Origin: Nanobdellota archaeon
GTDB taxonomy: Archaea; Nanobdellota; Nanobdellia; Woesearchaeales; UBA10107
Assembly (NCBI GenBank): GCA_042571125.1
Contig: JBHPFU010000002.1
Span: 109,878 to 173,877 of the forward strand
Direction of reading: 5' to 3'
Length of the DNA stretch: 64,000 nucleotides
This document shows, piece after piece, positions 48,018 through 58,853 of the stretch. A program made the translations under genes and the position numbers. Numbering within the stretch: position 1 is the first letter of the stretch; each line of letters starts with the position of its first letter. The notes under the pieces were generated by a model. It ran no database searches, had not been told where the DNA came from, and saw only the letters and a list, made by a program, of their open reading frames with translations.

Positions 48018-48389
48018 GTGTATACTATGAAAGACATATTAGAAAATCAAATAGTTTGTAATAAATGTAGTGTAGATATGGATCGAGGCTTTGAGGTTCG
48101 GGAAGGCTTCAAACTAAGAATATTCAAATGTCCAAAATGCAGTGAAAAATGGTATCATCCAACTGACCTAAGAGATTTTGAAGAATTCAAAAAAATAAGA
48201 CAAAAGAAATTCCAAGTTAAACTGCGGATGGTCGGGAACAGTTATGCTGTAAGCATACCAAAAGAGATAATTGATTTTGAGCAGATAAACACAAGCAAAA
48301 TTGTTTCTATGTTTTTAGAAGAGCCAAATAAGATTGGCTTATTCCTTGAAAGAAGAATGAGAAAATTGGAGGAGGAATTTTTAAAATGA
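48018..48389 (+). CDS. Zn-ribbon plus AbrB/MazE-like swapped-hairpin DNA-binding protein.
   Basis: CNKCS...CPKCS is a zinc ribbon. [18 protein letters not shown] is an AbrB-type motif. Overlaps the cdc48 start by 4 nt. Confidence 0.55.
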   Translation: MYTMKDILENQIVCNKCSVDMDRGFEVREGFKLRIFKCPKCSEKWYHPTDLRDFEEFKKIRQKKFQVKLRMVGNSYAVSIPKEIIDFEQINTSKIVSMFLEEPNKIGLFLERRMRKLEEEFLK

Positions 48390-50659
48390 AAGATGTTGAA
48401 TTAAAAGTGGCAGAAGCAGTACAGGATGATGTAAACAAAGGTATTGTTAGAATCGATAATAAAGAAATGAAAGATTTGGCTATGAGGCCAGGAGATATTC
48501 TCGAGATCCAAGGAGATAGAACAACAGTTGCGGTTGTAGATCGCGCATATCCTGGAGACGTAGGTTTAGGGATAATAAGAATGGACGGTCTTGCAAGAAG
48601 AAATGCAAAAACAGGGATTGGAGAAGTTGTAAAGATAAAAAAAGCAGATATTAAAGAAGCAAAACGTGTCATTATAGCTCCAGCAGGGAAAGGTGTTATG
48701 ATTAGAGCTCCGCCAGGTGTATTCAGACAAAGTTTACTTGGAAGAGCTACTGTTAAGGGAGATATAATCTCTGCGGGCGGTACAAGAAGAAGAAAAACTG
48801 CATTTAGCGGGAATCCATTTGAAGATATTTTCAGTATGCTTGATGAAGGTATGGCTGGATCTGGATTTGGATTCGGAGATATTAAATTTGTTGTTGTTGA
48901 AACAAGTCCAAAGGGAGCAGTCATAATCACTGATGTGACTGAAGTAGAATTAAACCCAGAAGCTGTTGAGCTAAAAGATGAAGAAGTAGTTCCAGAGGTA
49001 ACTTATGAAGATATAGGAGGTTTAAAAGAAGAAATAACAAAAATAAGAGAGATGGTTGAGTTACCATTGAAACATCCGGAAGTATTCGAACGGTTAGGAG
49101 TAGAACCACCAAAAGGAGTTCTATTACATGGGGCACCTGGAACAGGTAAAACTCTACTAGCAAAAGCGGTTGCAAATGAAACAAATTCAAATTTCATGCT
49201 AATCAATGGACCTGAGATAATGTCAAAATTCTATGGTCAGTCAGAAGAAAATCTAAGAAAAAAGTTTGAAGATGCAGAAAAGAGTGCACCATCTATTATT
49301 TTTATAGATGAAATTGATGCAATTGCATCAAAAAGAGAAGAAACCCATGGTGAAGTTGAGAAAAGAGTTGTTGCTCAGCTATTATCATTGATGGATGGAC
49401 TGCAATCAAGAGGAAAGGTAATCGTTATTGCAGCTTCAAACATACCAAACATGCTTGATCCTGCATTGAGAAGGCCTGGAAGATTCGACAGGGAAATCGA
49501 AATTGGTATTCCTGGCAAAGAAGGTAGATTAAATATTCTTAAGATCCATACAAGAAACATGCCCATGGCAAAAGATGTTGATCTAAAAGAACTATCCGAT
49601 ATAACTTATGGTTTTGTTGGTGCAGACATATCTGCTTTAGCAAAAGAAGCAGCGATGATTGTTTTGAGAAGAGTACTTCCAGATCTAAAACTTCAGGAAG
49701 ACGAAACAATACCTGAAAATATGCTTGAAAAATTATTAGTTACAAAAAAGGATTTCTATGATGCTTTAAAAATCGTGAGACCTAGCGCAATGAGAGAGGT
49801 CCTGATAGAAGTCCCAAATATAAACTGGGATGATATTGGAGGATTAACAAAAGTTAAACAAGAGCTTAAAGAAGCTGTTGAATGGCCTCTAAAACACCCA
49901 GATTCATTTACAAGATTAGGTGTACGGCCTCCAAGAGGCATCTTATTGTATGGAGCACCTGGAACTGGAAAAACATTGTTAGCAAAAGCAGTTGCAAATG
50001 AATCGGATGCTAATTTCATTTCCATAAAGGGGCCTGAAATGCTGAGCAAATGGGTCGGAGAATCTGAAAAAGCAATCAGAAAGATATTCCAGAAAGCAAG
50101 ACAAGTAAGTCCTGCAATCATTTTCTTTGATGAGCTTGACTCAATCGCGCCTATTCGTGGAATGAGCAACGATAATAATGTAACAGAACGTGTTGTCAAT
50201 CAGCTGTTAACAGAAATAGATGGCCTAGAAGATCTACATGATGTTGTTGTTATTGCAGCGACAAACAGACCTGACATAATAGACCCAGCATTACTAAGGC
50301 CTGGAAGATTCGACAGGATGATATTAACAGATATTCCTGATGTGAAAACAAGAGAAAAGATCTTTGAGGTTCACACTGCAAAAATGCCTTTGAAAGGTGT
50401 TAATCTAAATGATTTGGCTGAAAAAACACAAGGTTATGTTGGTGCAGACATAGAATCGGTCTGCAGAGAGGCGGCAATACTCGCTTTAAGAAAAGACATA
50501 AATGCAAAAGAAGTTACATCAAAACACTTTGAAGAAGCGATGGGAGAAGTAAGCCCTACAATATCAAAAGATGTTGAAAAAGCTTACTCCGAGTTAAAAA
50601 CTAAATTCAAAAGTGTGAAAGCAAAAGAAATACTTGAAAAACCGGCATATATGGGATAA
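48386..50659 (+). CDS. cdc48: Cdc48/VCP-like AAA+ ATPase (two AAA domains).
   Basis: Two Walker A GAPGTGKT and Walker [10 protein letters not shown] / IIFFDELDS motifs. 757 aa. Confidence 0.95.
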   Translation: MKDVELKVAEAVQDDVNKGIVRIDNKEMKDLAMRPGDILEIQGDRTTVAVVDRAYPGDVGLGIIRMDGLARRNAKTGIGEVVKIKKADIKEAKRVIIAPAGKGVMIRAPPGVFRQSLLGRATVKGDIISAGGTRRRKTAFSGNPFEDIFSMLDEGMAGSGFGFGDIKFVVVETSPKGAVIITDVTEVELNPEAVELKDEEVVPEVTYEDIGGLKEEITKIREMVELPLKHPEVFERLGVEPPKGVLLHGAPGTGKTLLAKAVANETNSNFMLINGPEIMSKFYGQSEENLRKKFEDAEKSAPSIIFIDEIDAIASKREETHGEVEKRVVAQLLSLMDGLQSRGKVIVIAASNIPNMLDPALRRPGRFDREIEIGIPGKEGRLNILKIHTRNMPMAKDVDLKELSDITYGFVGADISALAKEAAMIVLRRVLPDLKLQEDETIPENMLEKLLVTKKDFYDALKIVRPSAMREVLIEVPNINWDDIGGLTKVKQELKEAVEWPLKHPDSFTRLGVRPPRGILLYGAPGTGKTLLAKAVANESDANFISIKGPEMLSKWVGESEKAIRKIFQKARQVSPAIIFFDELDSIAPIRGMSNDNNVTERVVNQLLTEIDGLEDLHDVVVIAATNRPDIIDPALLRPGRFDRMILTDIPDVKTREKIFEVHTAKMPLKGVNLNDLAEKTQGYVGADIESVCREAAILALRKDINAKEVTSKHFEEAMGEVSPTISKDVEKAYSELKTKFKSVKAKEILEKPAYMG

Positions 50660-50660
50660 T

Positions 50661-51950
50661 ATGAATGCAAACCCTGGTGACAGGATAGAGGTTAGGACCG
50701 CGGAAGAATCTTATGAAGGAGTACTTATGCCTTCAGAATCAAAAGATTCTATCTTTCTTAAGCTTAACAACGGATATAATGTGGGAATTTCTAAAGAAAA
50801 GATAAGAAGCATTAAAACTTTAGAAAAAGCTAAAGCTGTAAAAGAAGAAAAACCAAAACCAGTCAAAGAAAATAAGAAATTACCTACAATTTCCATTCTA
50901 CATACTGGAGGAACAATTGCTTCTAAGGTTGATTATAAAACAGGCGCGGTTGTTGCTAAGTTTAAACCTGAAGAACTTCTAAGTTTATTCCCAGAATTGG
51001 AAAAAATTGCAAATATACGAAGTATTCTCATATCTAACTTACAATCCGAAAACATGCGGTTTGCTCACTATAATTTAATTGCTAATGCGATAGAAAAAGA
51101 GCTAAAAAACAAACCAAAGGGAATAATAATAACTCATGGAACAGATACAATGCACTATACTTCTGCTGCATTAAGTTTAATTTTAGAAGGAATTGATGTT
51201 CCAGTTATTTTAGTTGGGGCTCAGAGATCTTCTGATAGAGGTTCAAGTGATTCTGCAACAAATATGATATCTGCAGCCAAATTTATCGCAAATACAAAAT
51301 TTAAGGGTGTTGGGATTTGCATGCATTCTGATACTGGAGATGAAAGCGCATACATCTTGCCCGCAATGCAGACTAGAAAACTTCATACTTCAAGAAGAGA
51401 TGCATTTAATCCTATAAATTCTACTCCAATTGCAGAAGTTTTCTTCAACAAAGATGAAATACGCTTTATTGATAAGAAACATTACATGCCTTCAGGTGAT
51501 TTTAAGTTAAGATTATTTGGTGAAGATATAAAAATAGGTATTTTAAGAAGCCACACAAACATAATGCCCGAAGATATCTCTTATTTTAAAAATCATAAAG
51601 GGTTAATAATAGAAGGAACAGGATTGGGGCATTTTCAAACAACCTCATTTGACGATATATCTAAAATAAACGAAAAAAACAAATTAGAATTATCAAAAAT
51701 AATCAAAAACGGCTGTACTGTTGTTCTGACATCTCAGTGTGTATTCGGAAGAGTAGATATGAATGTTTATTCTCCCCAAAGGGAACTTTTAGATATTGGT
51801 GTTATACCCGGAGATGCAATTCCTACTGATACTGCATTCATAAAACTGGCCTGGGTTCTAAGCAATTATAAAGATGATATTGAAAAGGTTATGCTTCAGA
51901 ATTTAAGAGGTGAAAATCCAGGAAGAATCCAGGAAGACGAATACATGTGA
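50661..51950 (+). CDS. gatD: Glu-tRNA(Gln) amidotransferase subunit D (asparaginase-like).
   Basis: HTGGTIAS..THGTDTMHY is the asparaginase fold. The alternative upstream ATG at 50634 overlaps cdc48. Confidence 0.85.
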   Translation: MNANPGDRIEVRTAEESYEGVLMPSESKDSIFLKLNNGYNVGISKEKIRSIKTLEKAKAVKEEKPKPVKENKKLPTISILHTGGTIASKVDYKTGAVVAKFKPEELLSLFPELEKIANIRSILISNLQSENMRFAHYNLIANAIEKELKNKPKGIIITHGTDTMHYTSAALSLILEGIDVPVILVGAQRSSDRGSSDSATNMISAAKFIANTKFKGVGICMHSDTGDESAYILPAMQTRKLHTSRRDAFNPINSTPIAEVFFNKDEIRFIDKKHYMPSGDFKLRLFGEDIKIGILRSHTNIMPEDISYFKNHKGLIIEGTGLGHFQTTSFDDISKINEKNKLELSKIIKNGCTVVLTSQCVFGRVDMNVYSPQRELLDIGVIPGDAIPTDTAFIKLAWVLSNYKDDIEKVMLQNLRGENPGRIQEDEYM

Positions 51951-53368
51951 TTAACATGGCAAAAGACTATAAAGAAATTGGATTTAAGTGCGGGTTAGAG
52001 ATTCATCAGCAGCTAGAAGGTAAGAAATTATTCTGTAATTGTCCTACTGAGATCAGAAAGGAAGAACCTGACTTTGAGATAAAAAGAATATTAAGAGCTA
52101 GTGCCGGAGAAACTGGCGCTGTTGATATCGCTGCGCTTCATGAACTAGAAAAAGGAAAATATTTTGTCTATCAAGGCTATGAAAATATCAATTGTTTGGT
52201 TGAGCTTGATGAAGAGCCTCCGCATGAGATGAATAAAGGGGCTCTAAAAACAGCAATTCAAGTTGCTAAGCTATTAAACGCCGATATTGTAGACACAGTT
52301 CAGGTGATGAGGAAAGTTGTTATTGATGGTTCTAATGTTTCTGGATTCCAAAGGACTGCTCTGATTGCTACAAACGGTTATATCGAAGTTAATGGGAAGA
52401 AAATAGGAATACCTACAATCTGTTTAGAAGAGGATGCTTGTCAGGCAGTAGAAAGAAAAAAAGAATATGACACATACAACTTATCTCGATTAGGAATCCC
52501 ATTGTTAGAAATTGTAACAGATGCTACAATCTCCAATCCAGAAGAATGTAAAGAGGTTGCAGCTAAACTTGGGATGATATTACGTTCAGTACCTGGAATG
52601 AAAAGAGGAATTGGTTCTATAAGACAGGATGTTAATTTATCTGTAAAAGATACTGCAAGAGTTGAGATAAAAGGTTTTCAGGAATATAAATCAATACCAA
52701 AAGTGATGGATATTGAAATTGACAGAAGATTAAAGCTAATCAAACAAGGTAAAAAACTTGAATCAGAGGTTCGCGGTGCAAAACCAAATCTTAGTACAGA
52801 ATTTCAAAGACCAATGCCTGGTGCAGACAGAATGTATCCTGAAACCGATACTCCTCCAATCAAAACAGAAGGTATTGAAACAGAAAAGATAGAACTAATT
52901 GAAGAAAAAGCAGATAAGATTAAAAAATTAGGTTTGGGTTCAGACCTGGCAGCCGCATTATCAAAAATAGGTAAGGCAGATTTGCTAGTTAGGTTTGCTG
53001 AGAAGTTTTCTAATGTGAAACCTGCATTTATTGCAGAAACAATGTTATCTCTTCCAAAAACAATCAGAAGAAAGCACAATATTGAGATAAATCCAACAGA
53101 TGAAGATTTTGAAACTCTATTTTCTGAATTAAATAATGGAAAAATCGTAAAAGAATCTGTTGAGGACATTTTAAAGGAAAATCAACCAGTCAAAGAAGTT
53201 ATCGAAAAGTATCAGTTAATGTCTGATAAAGAGCTAGAAACTAAAATCAAAAGCATTATTAAGGGGCAAGACATTCCATTTAATGCACTAATAGGCAAAG
53301 TGATGGGGGCTCTGAAAGGCAAAGCAGATCCTAAAAAGATTATTGAAATATTAAATAAGTTAAAATAA
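51947..53368 (+). CDS. gatE: Glu-tRNA(Gln) amidotransferase subunit E (GatB/E family), unusually short at 473 aa.
   Basis: GLEIHQQL..KLFCNCPT is the GatB/E N-terminus. It is coupled to gatD by an ATGA overlap. Confidence 0.75.
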   Translation: MINMAKDYKEIGFKCGLEIHQQLEGKKLFCNCPTEIRKEEPDFEIKRILRASAGETGAVDIAALHELEKGKYFVYQGYENINCLVELDEEPPHEMNKGALKTAIQVAKLLNADIVDTVQVMRKVVIDGSNVSGFQRTALIATNGYIEVNGKKIGIPTICLEEDACQAVERKKEYDTYNLSRLGIPLLEIVTDATISNPEECKEVAAKLGMILRSVPGMKRGIGSIRQDVNLSVKDTARVEIKGFQEYKSIPKVMDIEIDRRLKLIKQGKKLESEVRGAKPNLSTEFQRPMPGADRMYPETDTPPIKTEGIETEKIELIEEKADKIKKLGLGSDLAAALSKIGKADLLVRFAEKFSNVKPAFIAETMLSLPKTIRRKHNIEINPTDEDFETLFSELNNGKIVKESVEDILKENQPVKEVIEKYQLMSDKELETKIKSIIKGQDIPFNALIGKVMGALKGKADPKKIIEILNKLK

Positions 53369-53382
53369 GTTGGGGGCAAAAG

Positions 53383-53967
53383 ATGAGAGGATCAGTTACA
53401 CTAACCGGACCTAGATGTTCCGGTAAATCCAAAGTAGGCAAAGAACTAGCCAGAATTCTAGGATTTTCTCATATTGATCTTGATAGAGTATTTGAAGAGC
53501 AGCATGGATCTATTACTGATTATGTTAAAAAACATGGATTGCCGGGGTTTAGAAGGCATGAAAACATAGGGTATAAGGTACTCTGCCACGAACATCAATT
53601 CATTCGAACTATTATTTCTAGCGGCGGAGGACTTTTTGCACATAATGACGGAGAACAGTATAGGTTAAGTAGTGTTGAATTAGGGAAAAATTTTGGAAAA
53701 ATAATTTATTTAACCCCCTCCGATGATTTAAGAGAAAGTGCAGAGATCTTGTCAAAGAGAATATCAAAAGATCCTACAACTGCAGGTTCACGCCCAGCAT
53801 TAACGAAAGATAAAAGCGCTTCTGAAGAAGTATTGGATGTTCTTACGATGAGAGATCCAATATATCGTGCTGTGGCTTATGAAGTTATTCGTACCGAACA
53901 AATAGGCGGCATTAAAAAAGTAGCAGAATACATGGCTGAGAAGATTAGATCTAAACTTTTATGTTGA
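53383..53967 (+). CDS. P-loop kinase, shikimate-kinase (AroK)-like.
   Basis: Walker A GPRCSGKS, and SSGGG like the shikimate kinase GGG motif. Confidence 0.45.
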   Translation: MRGSVTLTGPRCSGKSKVGKELARILGFSHIDLDRVFEEQHGSITDYVKKHGLPGFRRHENIGYKVLCHEHQFIRTIISSGGGLFAHNDGEQYRLSSVELGKNFGKIIYLTPSDDLRESAEILSKRISKDPTTAGSRPALTKDKSASEEVLDVLTMRDPIYRAVAYEVIRTEQIGGIKKVAEYMAEKIRSKLLC

Positions 53968-54580
53968 TTTTCTCCAATAGTTCATTCAAAACGGCCAAAG
54001 GTATTAAACTTCCCAATAATCCTGATAAAAATCCATTAACAAATGCAGGAACCTGATTAAAATAAAAGATTACCATCAAAGTTATAATAAAAAACTCAAA
54101 AAATCCTGCGATTAATGCAAAACTAAAAGGAATTCTGTTTATCTTCTGTTTTTTATTGTTTAAATCTAATCTAATTTTAAAATTAAGTTCATTATAAACA
54201 AAGATTGACAGGAATAGTGCGACTCCAACTGAGATTAAACCAAGTAAAGAAAAACCAATAAGGCCTAGACTTTCTAAATCCATTATTTTCAATTGAACAA
54301 CAAAAGTTAAAGCAAGAAATAAAGCATTAAAAACTGAAGGAACTAAAATCCCTACTTTATTTATTTTTTTATTATTTATTTTTATTTTGTAAGGAATTAA
54401 GTTATAGATTAAAACTGTTAACAGCATTGCAAAGAAACCAATTATTAATCCGGATGCAATCGCTCTTCCTGGTTCTGAAAACCTAACAAAGGGAGTTATA
54501 AGATCTTGTATCAATAATGCAATGCCTTCTACTAAAGCAATATACAGAATCAAAGTCCATCCTATTTTTTTAAGTTGCAT
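53951..54580 (-). CDS. Integral membrane protein (209 aa, about 6 transmembrane helices).
   Basis: Hydrophobic composition. Confidence 0.5.
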   Translation of the reverse strand: MQLKKIGWTLILYIALVEGIALLIQDLITPFVRFSEPGRAIASGLIIGFFAMLLTVLIYNLIPYKIKINNKKINKVGILVPSVFNALFLALTFVVQLKIMDLESLGLIGFSLLGLISVGVALFLSIFVYNELNFKIRLDLNNKKQKINRIPFSFALIAGFFEFFIITLMVIFYFNQVPAFVNGFLSGLLGSLIPLAVLNELLEKINIKV

Positions 54581-54584
54581 AAAA

Positions 54585-54659
54585 ACGAGTCTGGGAGGAT
54601 TCGAACCCCCGACCCCTTCCTTAGGAGGGAAGTGCTCTATCCAGACTGAGCTACAGACT
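54585..54659 (-). tRNA. tRNA-Arg (CCU).
   Basis: Reverse complement GAGTCTG-TA-GCTC..GAGC-A-CTTCC-CTCCTAA-GGAAG-GGGTC-GGGGG-TTCGAAT-CCTCC-CAGACTC-G. 75 nt. Confidence 0.85.
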
Positions 54660-54697
54660 CATAAGATTAAATCAATATACGATATTTATAAAGAATT

Positions 54698-55162
54698 CTA
54701 TTCTTCCTTAACATTCATGTCTACAATAGACTCATTATCAGAACCAAATGTAAATTCTGCCTTTATGTTCTTATCTTTTAAGACCGAAGGAAGCCAGTGA
54801 GGATCATCTGACCACATTGTATGGAAAGGTATATCTTCATATTTAAACCATTTCGGAGCCATCTCTTCACTTTCAATAGGCTCTCCGTCCCAGTCTTCTG
54901 TTACAAAAACATGGACTGTCTGGTCCCATTCCTTCTTTTCAGAGAAAAAGAAATCTAGAACTCCTTTTTTCTTTAAGTTTTTAACAGTAACACCGCACTC
55001 TTCCTGCAGTTCTCTAACAACAGATTCTTCAACAGTTTCATCGGGCGTGACCTTCCCCCCAAATCCGTTATATTTTCCGCTTCCGAACCCTCTTTTTTTC
55101 ATACCAAGGAGTACTTCTCCGGACTGCTTGTTTATAAGAAAACAAAGTGTTGCTTGTATCAA
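54698..55162 (-). CDS. NUDIX hydrolase (MutT-like).
   Basis: Nudix box GGKVTPDETVEESVVRELQEECGV. Confidence 0.85.
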   Translation of the reverse strand: MIQATLCFLINKQSGEVLLGMKKRGFGSGKYNGFGGKVTPDETVEESVVRELQEECGVTVKNLKKKGVLDFFFSEKKEWDQTVHVFVTEDWDGEPIESEEMAPKWFKYEDIPFHTMWSDDPHWLPSVLKDKNIKAEFTFGSDNESIVDMNVKEE

Positions 55163-55224
55163 TCTTTCACCCCATTAATACGAGTTATCGGCAGGTTTAA
55201 AAATATTTCTAAAATACAGCATAT

Positions 55225-55914
55225 ATGATGAAAGAGATACAAAAAGAACTGAGAAAGTATGCGAATAAAGAGAAGGTAAAGGTTTACCAGGGATTTTTCA
55301 AGACTGGCAAAGGAGAATACGGAGAAGGTGATGTTTTTATAGGTGTTACTGTCCCGAATACAAGAATTGTTGCTAGAAAATTCAAAAATATTAATCTTTC
55401 TCAAGCAAAAGCACTGCTTAAATCAAAAATTCACGAAGAAAGGCTTTGTGCTTTACTTATTCTTGTAGAAAAATTCAAGGAAAATGAAAAAGAAGTTGTT
55501 GATTTTTATCTGAAGCATACAAAATATGTGAATAATTGGGATTTGGTAGATTTAAGCGCAGATAAAATTCTTGGAACTTATTTATTGAATAAAAATAAAA
55601 AGATAATATACAAATTAGTTAAATCTAAATATCTGTGGGAAAGAAGAATATCTATTTTGACAACATTCACATTTATTAAGAATAATCAATACAAAGATTC
55701 ACTAAAGATCGCAGAAATTTTACTAAATGACAAACATGATTTGATACACAAGGCAATAGGGTGGATGTTAAGAGAAATAGGAAAAAGAAATTTAGCTGAA
55801 GAAGAGAGGTTCTTGAAAAAGCATTATAAAAAAATGCCAAGAACAATGTTACGATATGCCATAGAACGTTTCCCAGAGCGGAAAAGAAAAGCATATCTGT
55901 TAGGAAATGTATAA
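55225..55914 (+). CDS. DNA alkylation repair protein (AlkD/AlkC-like HEAT-repeat glycosylase family).
   Basis: 229 aa of helical repeats with conserved W/D positions typical of the DNA_alkylation family. Confidence 0.55.
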   Translation: MMKEIQKELRKYANKEKVKVYQGFFKTGKGEYGEGDVFIGVTVPNTRIVARKFKNINLSQAKALLKSKIHEERLCALLILVEKFKENEKEVVDFYLKHTKYVNNWDLVDLSADKILGTYLLNKNKKIIYKLVKSKYLWERRISILTTFTFIKNNQYKDSLKIAEILLNDKHDLIHKAIGWMLREIGKRNLAEEERFLKKHYKKMPRTMLRYAIERFPERKRKAYLLGNV

Positions 55915-56833
55915 AATAAAGCAAACTCCGGAAGACTTTCTAGTACGTGAAATAAGCAGAATTAAGCCTTCTGAGGAAGGTCGCTATGTTTATTTTATTC
56001 TAAAGAAAAGGAATTACACAACTCAACGAGCAATCAAACATATTGCCAATGCATTACATGTTCCTGAAAAAAGATTTGGTTTTGCAGGTAACAAAGACAA
56101 GAATGCGATTACAGAGCAGCTTTGTTCTGTTAATGTTAATCCAAGCAGGATAGAATTAAATGATATATGGATTGAAGTTGTTGGAAAGGGTAACGGGCCA
56201 ATCCTTTTAGGTGATTTAGAAGGAAATGAATTTGAAATTATTGTAAGAAATATTGAAGAAAAACCAAAAAAGATTAATAAGATAATAAACTGCTTTGATG
56301 AACAAAGATTTTCTAAAAATAATGTTGAAGTTGGAAGAGCGATAATTAAAAAAGACTTCAAAAAAGCTGTTGAATTGATTTTAGAAGGAAAAGACGATTT
56401 TGATTTAAGGGAACATGACGAAAGAGATCCTGCCGGAGCTTTGCAAAAGGTACCAAAAACTATTCTAAAATTATTTGTACATTCTTATCAGTCAGATATC
56501 TGGAATAAGACTGCTGAAAAGTTTCAAGATAAAGAAAAACTTCCTTTGGTTGGGTTTGGAACTGAATTTGAAGATAAAAAAGTAGAAAAATTCGTGTTAG
56601 ATTTGTTGAAGAAAGATGGAATAACTCAAAGAGACTTCATAATCAAGCAATTGCCTTCTGTAAGCTCAGAAGGTTCTGAAAGATTCGTATTTGCAGATGT
56701 AAAAGATCTTGAAATTGGTAAGTTAGAAGACGATGAATTAAATAAAGGAAAAAAGAAGTGTTTAGTTAAGTTTAAACTTCAAAAAGGAGCATATGCGACT
56801 ATTGTTGTAAGAACTATTTTTCAATCTTCTTAG
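55907..56833 (+). CDS. truD: tRNA pseudouridine synthase TruD/Pus7-like, short at 308 aa.
   Basis: N-terminal KQTPEDFLVREI and catalytic-Asp motif FGFAGNKDKNA. Confidence 0.65.
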   Translation: MYKIKQTPEDFLVREISRIKPSEEGRYVYFILKKRNYTTQRAIKHIANALHVPEKRFGFAGNKDKNAITEQLCSVNVNPSRIELNDIWIEVVGKGNGPILLGDLEGNEFEIIVRNIEEKPKKINKIINCFDEQRFSKNNVEVGRAIIKKDFKKAVELILEGKDDFDLREHDERDPAGALQKVPKTILKLFVHSYQSDIWNKTAEKFQDKEKLPLVGFGTEFEDKKVEKFVLDLLKKDGITQRDFIIKQLPSVSSEGSERFVFADVKDLEIGKLEDDELNKGKKKCLVKFKLQKGAYATIVVRTIFQSS

Positions 56834-58064
56834 GTTCAGAATAATCAAAAACAATAAGACATTTCTTCAAGGCTTTCTTAACTTCTTTTTTGCTTAAAAG
56901 ATTTGAAAATGATTCCCATTTTCTCTGTAGTCTTAGCATATGTTTAAAAACATCATATTTTGGCATAGCCTTTGTCTTTGCAAGTTCTATATTCCTTAGA
57001 CATTCAGAGGCTGAGAAGCCATCCCCCAGAGAGGAATATTGTTCATAAAGTATTTCGCTGCTCTTTTTTATTTTATTATCAAGATTATTGCCAAGAAAAG
57101 CGGAAATATAAGGCGATAAGTCCTTTAATTTTACTTTTTTCATTCCTTTATGTCTTTTCTGTTGTCTTAATTTTTCTCTTTCGTAAATAAATCTATAAAT
57201 ATCAGATCTGTGGGTCTTCCACAAAGGATAGGTTCCAGATGGAGGATCATGCATAATCCAAAATTCATTATCAAAAAAGATATTAAATCCGAACATCTTT
57301 GCATTAATCAAATAATCGCTATCTTCACCCCGATTAATTTTATAATCAAAAGGAACTTTTTTAAACAGATTCTTATGGAGGACAGCGCAGCCTGTAAGCA
57401 TAAAGTGAGCATCTTTTAATCTTGGACCTTTGCCTATAAATTTATCAAATGCCTGATTCATTTTCTTTGCTTGATTCCATGCGCTGCTCCATTTACATCT
57501 CTTTATCTTCAGCTTATATCTTCCATCTCCATAATGGCAATATCCTGAAATACCATCAATTCTTTTTTCATTAAATTCTTTCCCAATAAACTCTTTTGCT
57601 TTTGCTAAAAATTTAGGATCGGTTACATATTCATCATCATCAATTGAAATAAGAATATCTTCATCAAGAACTTGAGCAATTAATAATGATAAGTTTCTAA
57701 CTCGGGAGTACCCTTTAAAACCCAAGAACAGATCATATTTTGAAGAGAATTTATGGAGTTCTTTTTTTAAGCAATCTAACTGAAAGCTGGATAAATAATA
57801 AAGCTTTAATTTGTATTTTTTAGAATAGCTGTCTAATTTTTTAATTAGCTTATCGTTCATTTCTTTCTCAATCTTTTTTGAAAATGCCGATGCGAGAACA
57901 AGTATATCTGTGCCATTCCCAATTTTTCTTAAACTTTCGATAGCTCTCATTAATGTCCCATCTTCATCAATGGGTGTCGGATGGTCAAAGATAGGTTTTA
58001 GCCTTTTTACAGGGCCAAATCCCTTTTTTGCCCAATAGGTAGGTATTACAATGAGCGTTTTCAT
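56814..58064 (-). CDS. Putative glycosyltransferase.
   Basis: DxD-like SIDDDEY and a GT-A-like layout. 416 aa. Confidence 0.45.
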   Translation of the reverse strand: MKTLIVIPTYWAKKGFGPVKRLKPIFDHPTPIDEDGTLMRAIESLRKIGNGTDILVLASAFSKKIEKEMNDKLIKKLDSYSKKYKLKLYYLSSFQLDCLKKELHKFSSKYDLFLGFKGYSRVRNLSLLIAQVLDEDILISIDDDEYVTDPKFLAKAKEFIGKEFNEKRIDGISGYCHYGDGRYKLKIKRCKWSSAWNQAKKMNQAFDKFIGKGPRLKDAHFMLTGCAVLHKNLFKKVPFDYKINRGEDSDYLINAKMFGFNIFFDNEFWIMHDPPSGTYPLWKTHRSDIYRFIYEREKLRQQKRHKGMKKVKLKDLSPYISAFLGNNLDNKIKKSSEILYEQYSSLGDGFSASECLRNIELAKTKAMPKYDVFKHMLRLQRKWESFSNLLSKKEVKKALKKCLIVFDYSEPKKIEK

Positions 58065-58100
58065 CTATATATTGTAGAAAAGGCTGTTTAAAAACCTATG

Positions 58101-58730
58101 TTATGTTTCAATAGCTTCAATTGAATCTTTAAACATTCCTTCTGGAACCTGTTCTCCGTTAATCTCAACCAGAATATTTTCATTCATATAATAATCGACT
58201 AATGGCGAGGTCTGTTCTGTATATGTATCGTATCTTTTCTTTATTAAATTCGGGGTATCATCTTCTCTTTGAACTAATTTAGAACCGCATTTATCGCATA
58301 CTCCTTCTTTTTTTGGAGGGAGAGTGATTGTATTGTAAATTGTTTTACAGTTTTCACATCCCCATCTTGCAGAAAGTCTTTTGATAATCAGTTTTAATGA
58401 TGCATGAATATACAGAACAAGATCGGGTTTTGCTATCTTTTCTAATGTAATCGCTTGGTCTGTATTTCTAGGATAGCCGTCAAGAATGAATCCATCTTTA
58501 CAATCACTAATGCTCAAACGATTTTCAAGCATTTTCAGAGTCAAGTCATCAGGAACATACTTTCCCTGCAAAAGATAAGCATTTGCTTGCTTACCAAGTT
58601 CTGTTCCTTTCTCTACATTCTCTCTAAATAAATCTCCTGTAGAAATATGTGGGATCTTATATTTATCAGCAAGCATATCTGCTACTGTCCCCTTCCCCGC
58701 ACCAGGCGGTCCAAACAAAATTATTCTCAT
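58101..58730 (-). CDS. adk: Adenylate kinase with a zinc-binding lid.
   Basis: MRIILFGPPGAGKGT. Lid cysteines CENC...CDKC. Confidence 0.9.
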   Translation of the reverse strand: MRIILFGPPGAGKGTVADMLADKYKIPHISTGDLFRENVEKGTELGKQANAYLLQGKYVPDDLTLKMLENRLSISDCKDGFILDGYPRNTDQAITLEKIAKPDLVLYIHASLKLIIKRLSARWGCENCKTIYNTITLPPKKEGVCDKCGSKLVQREDDTPNLIKKRYDTYTEQTSPLVDYYMNENILVEINGEQVPEGMFKDSIEAIET

Positions 58731-58740
58731 GATTATGAAA

Positions 58741-58813
58741 AGCCCCCGGAGGGAGTTGCACCCTCGACCTGCTGGTTACAAGCCAGCCGCTATAGCTACT
58801 AAGCCACGGAGGC
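58741..58813 (-). tRNA. tRNA-Thr (UGU).
   Basis: Reverse complement GCCTCCG-TG-GCTT..AGCG-GCTGG-CTTGTAA-CCAGC-AGGTC-GAGGG-TGCAACT-CCCTC-CGGGGGC-T. 73 nt. Confidence 0.8.
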
Positions 58814-58853
58814 ATGGAAATTATAGAAAAATATTCATTTAAATAACTTTTGA

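Noticed and set aside
54522-54800. A 92-aa ORF spanning tRNA-Arg(CCU).
   Set aside because: It overlaps a well-formed tRNA and the NUDIX gene on the opposite strand. Spurious.
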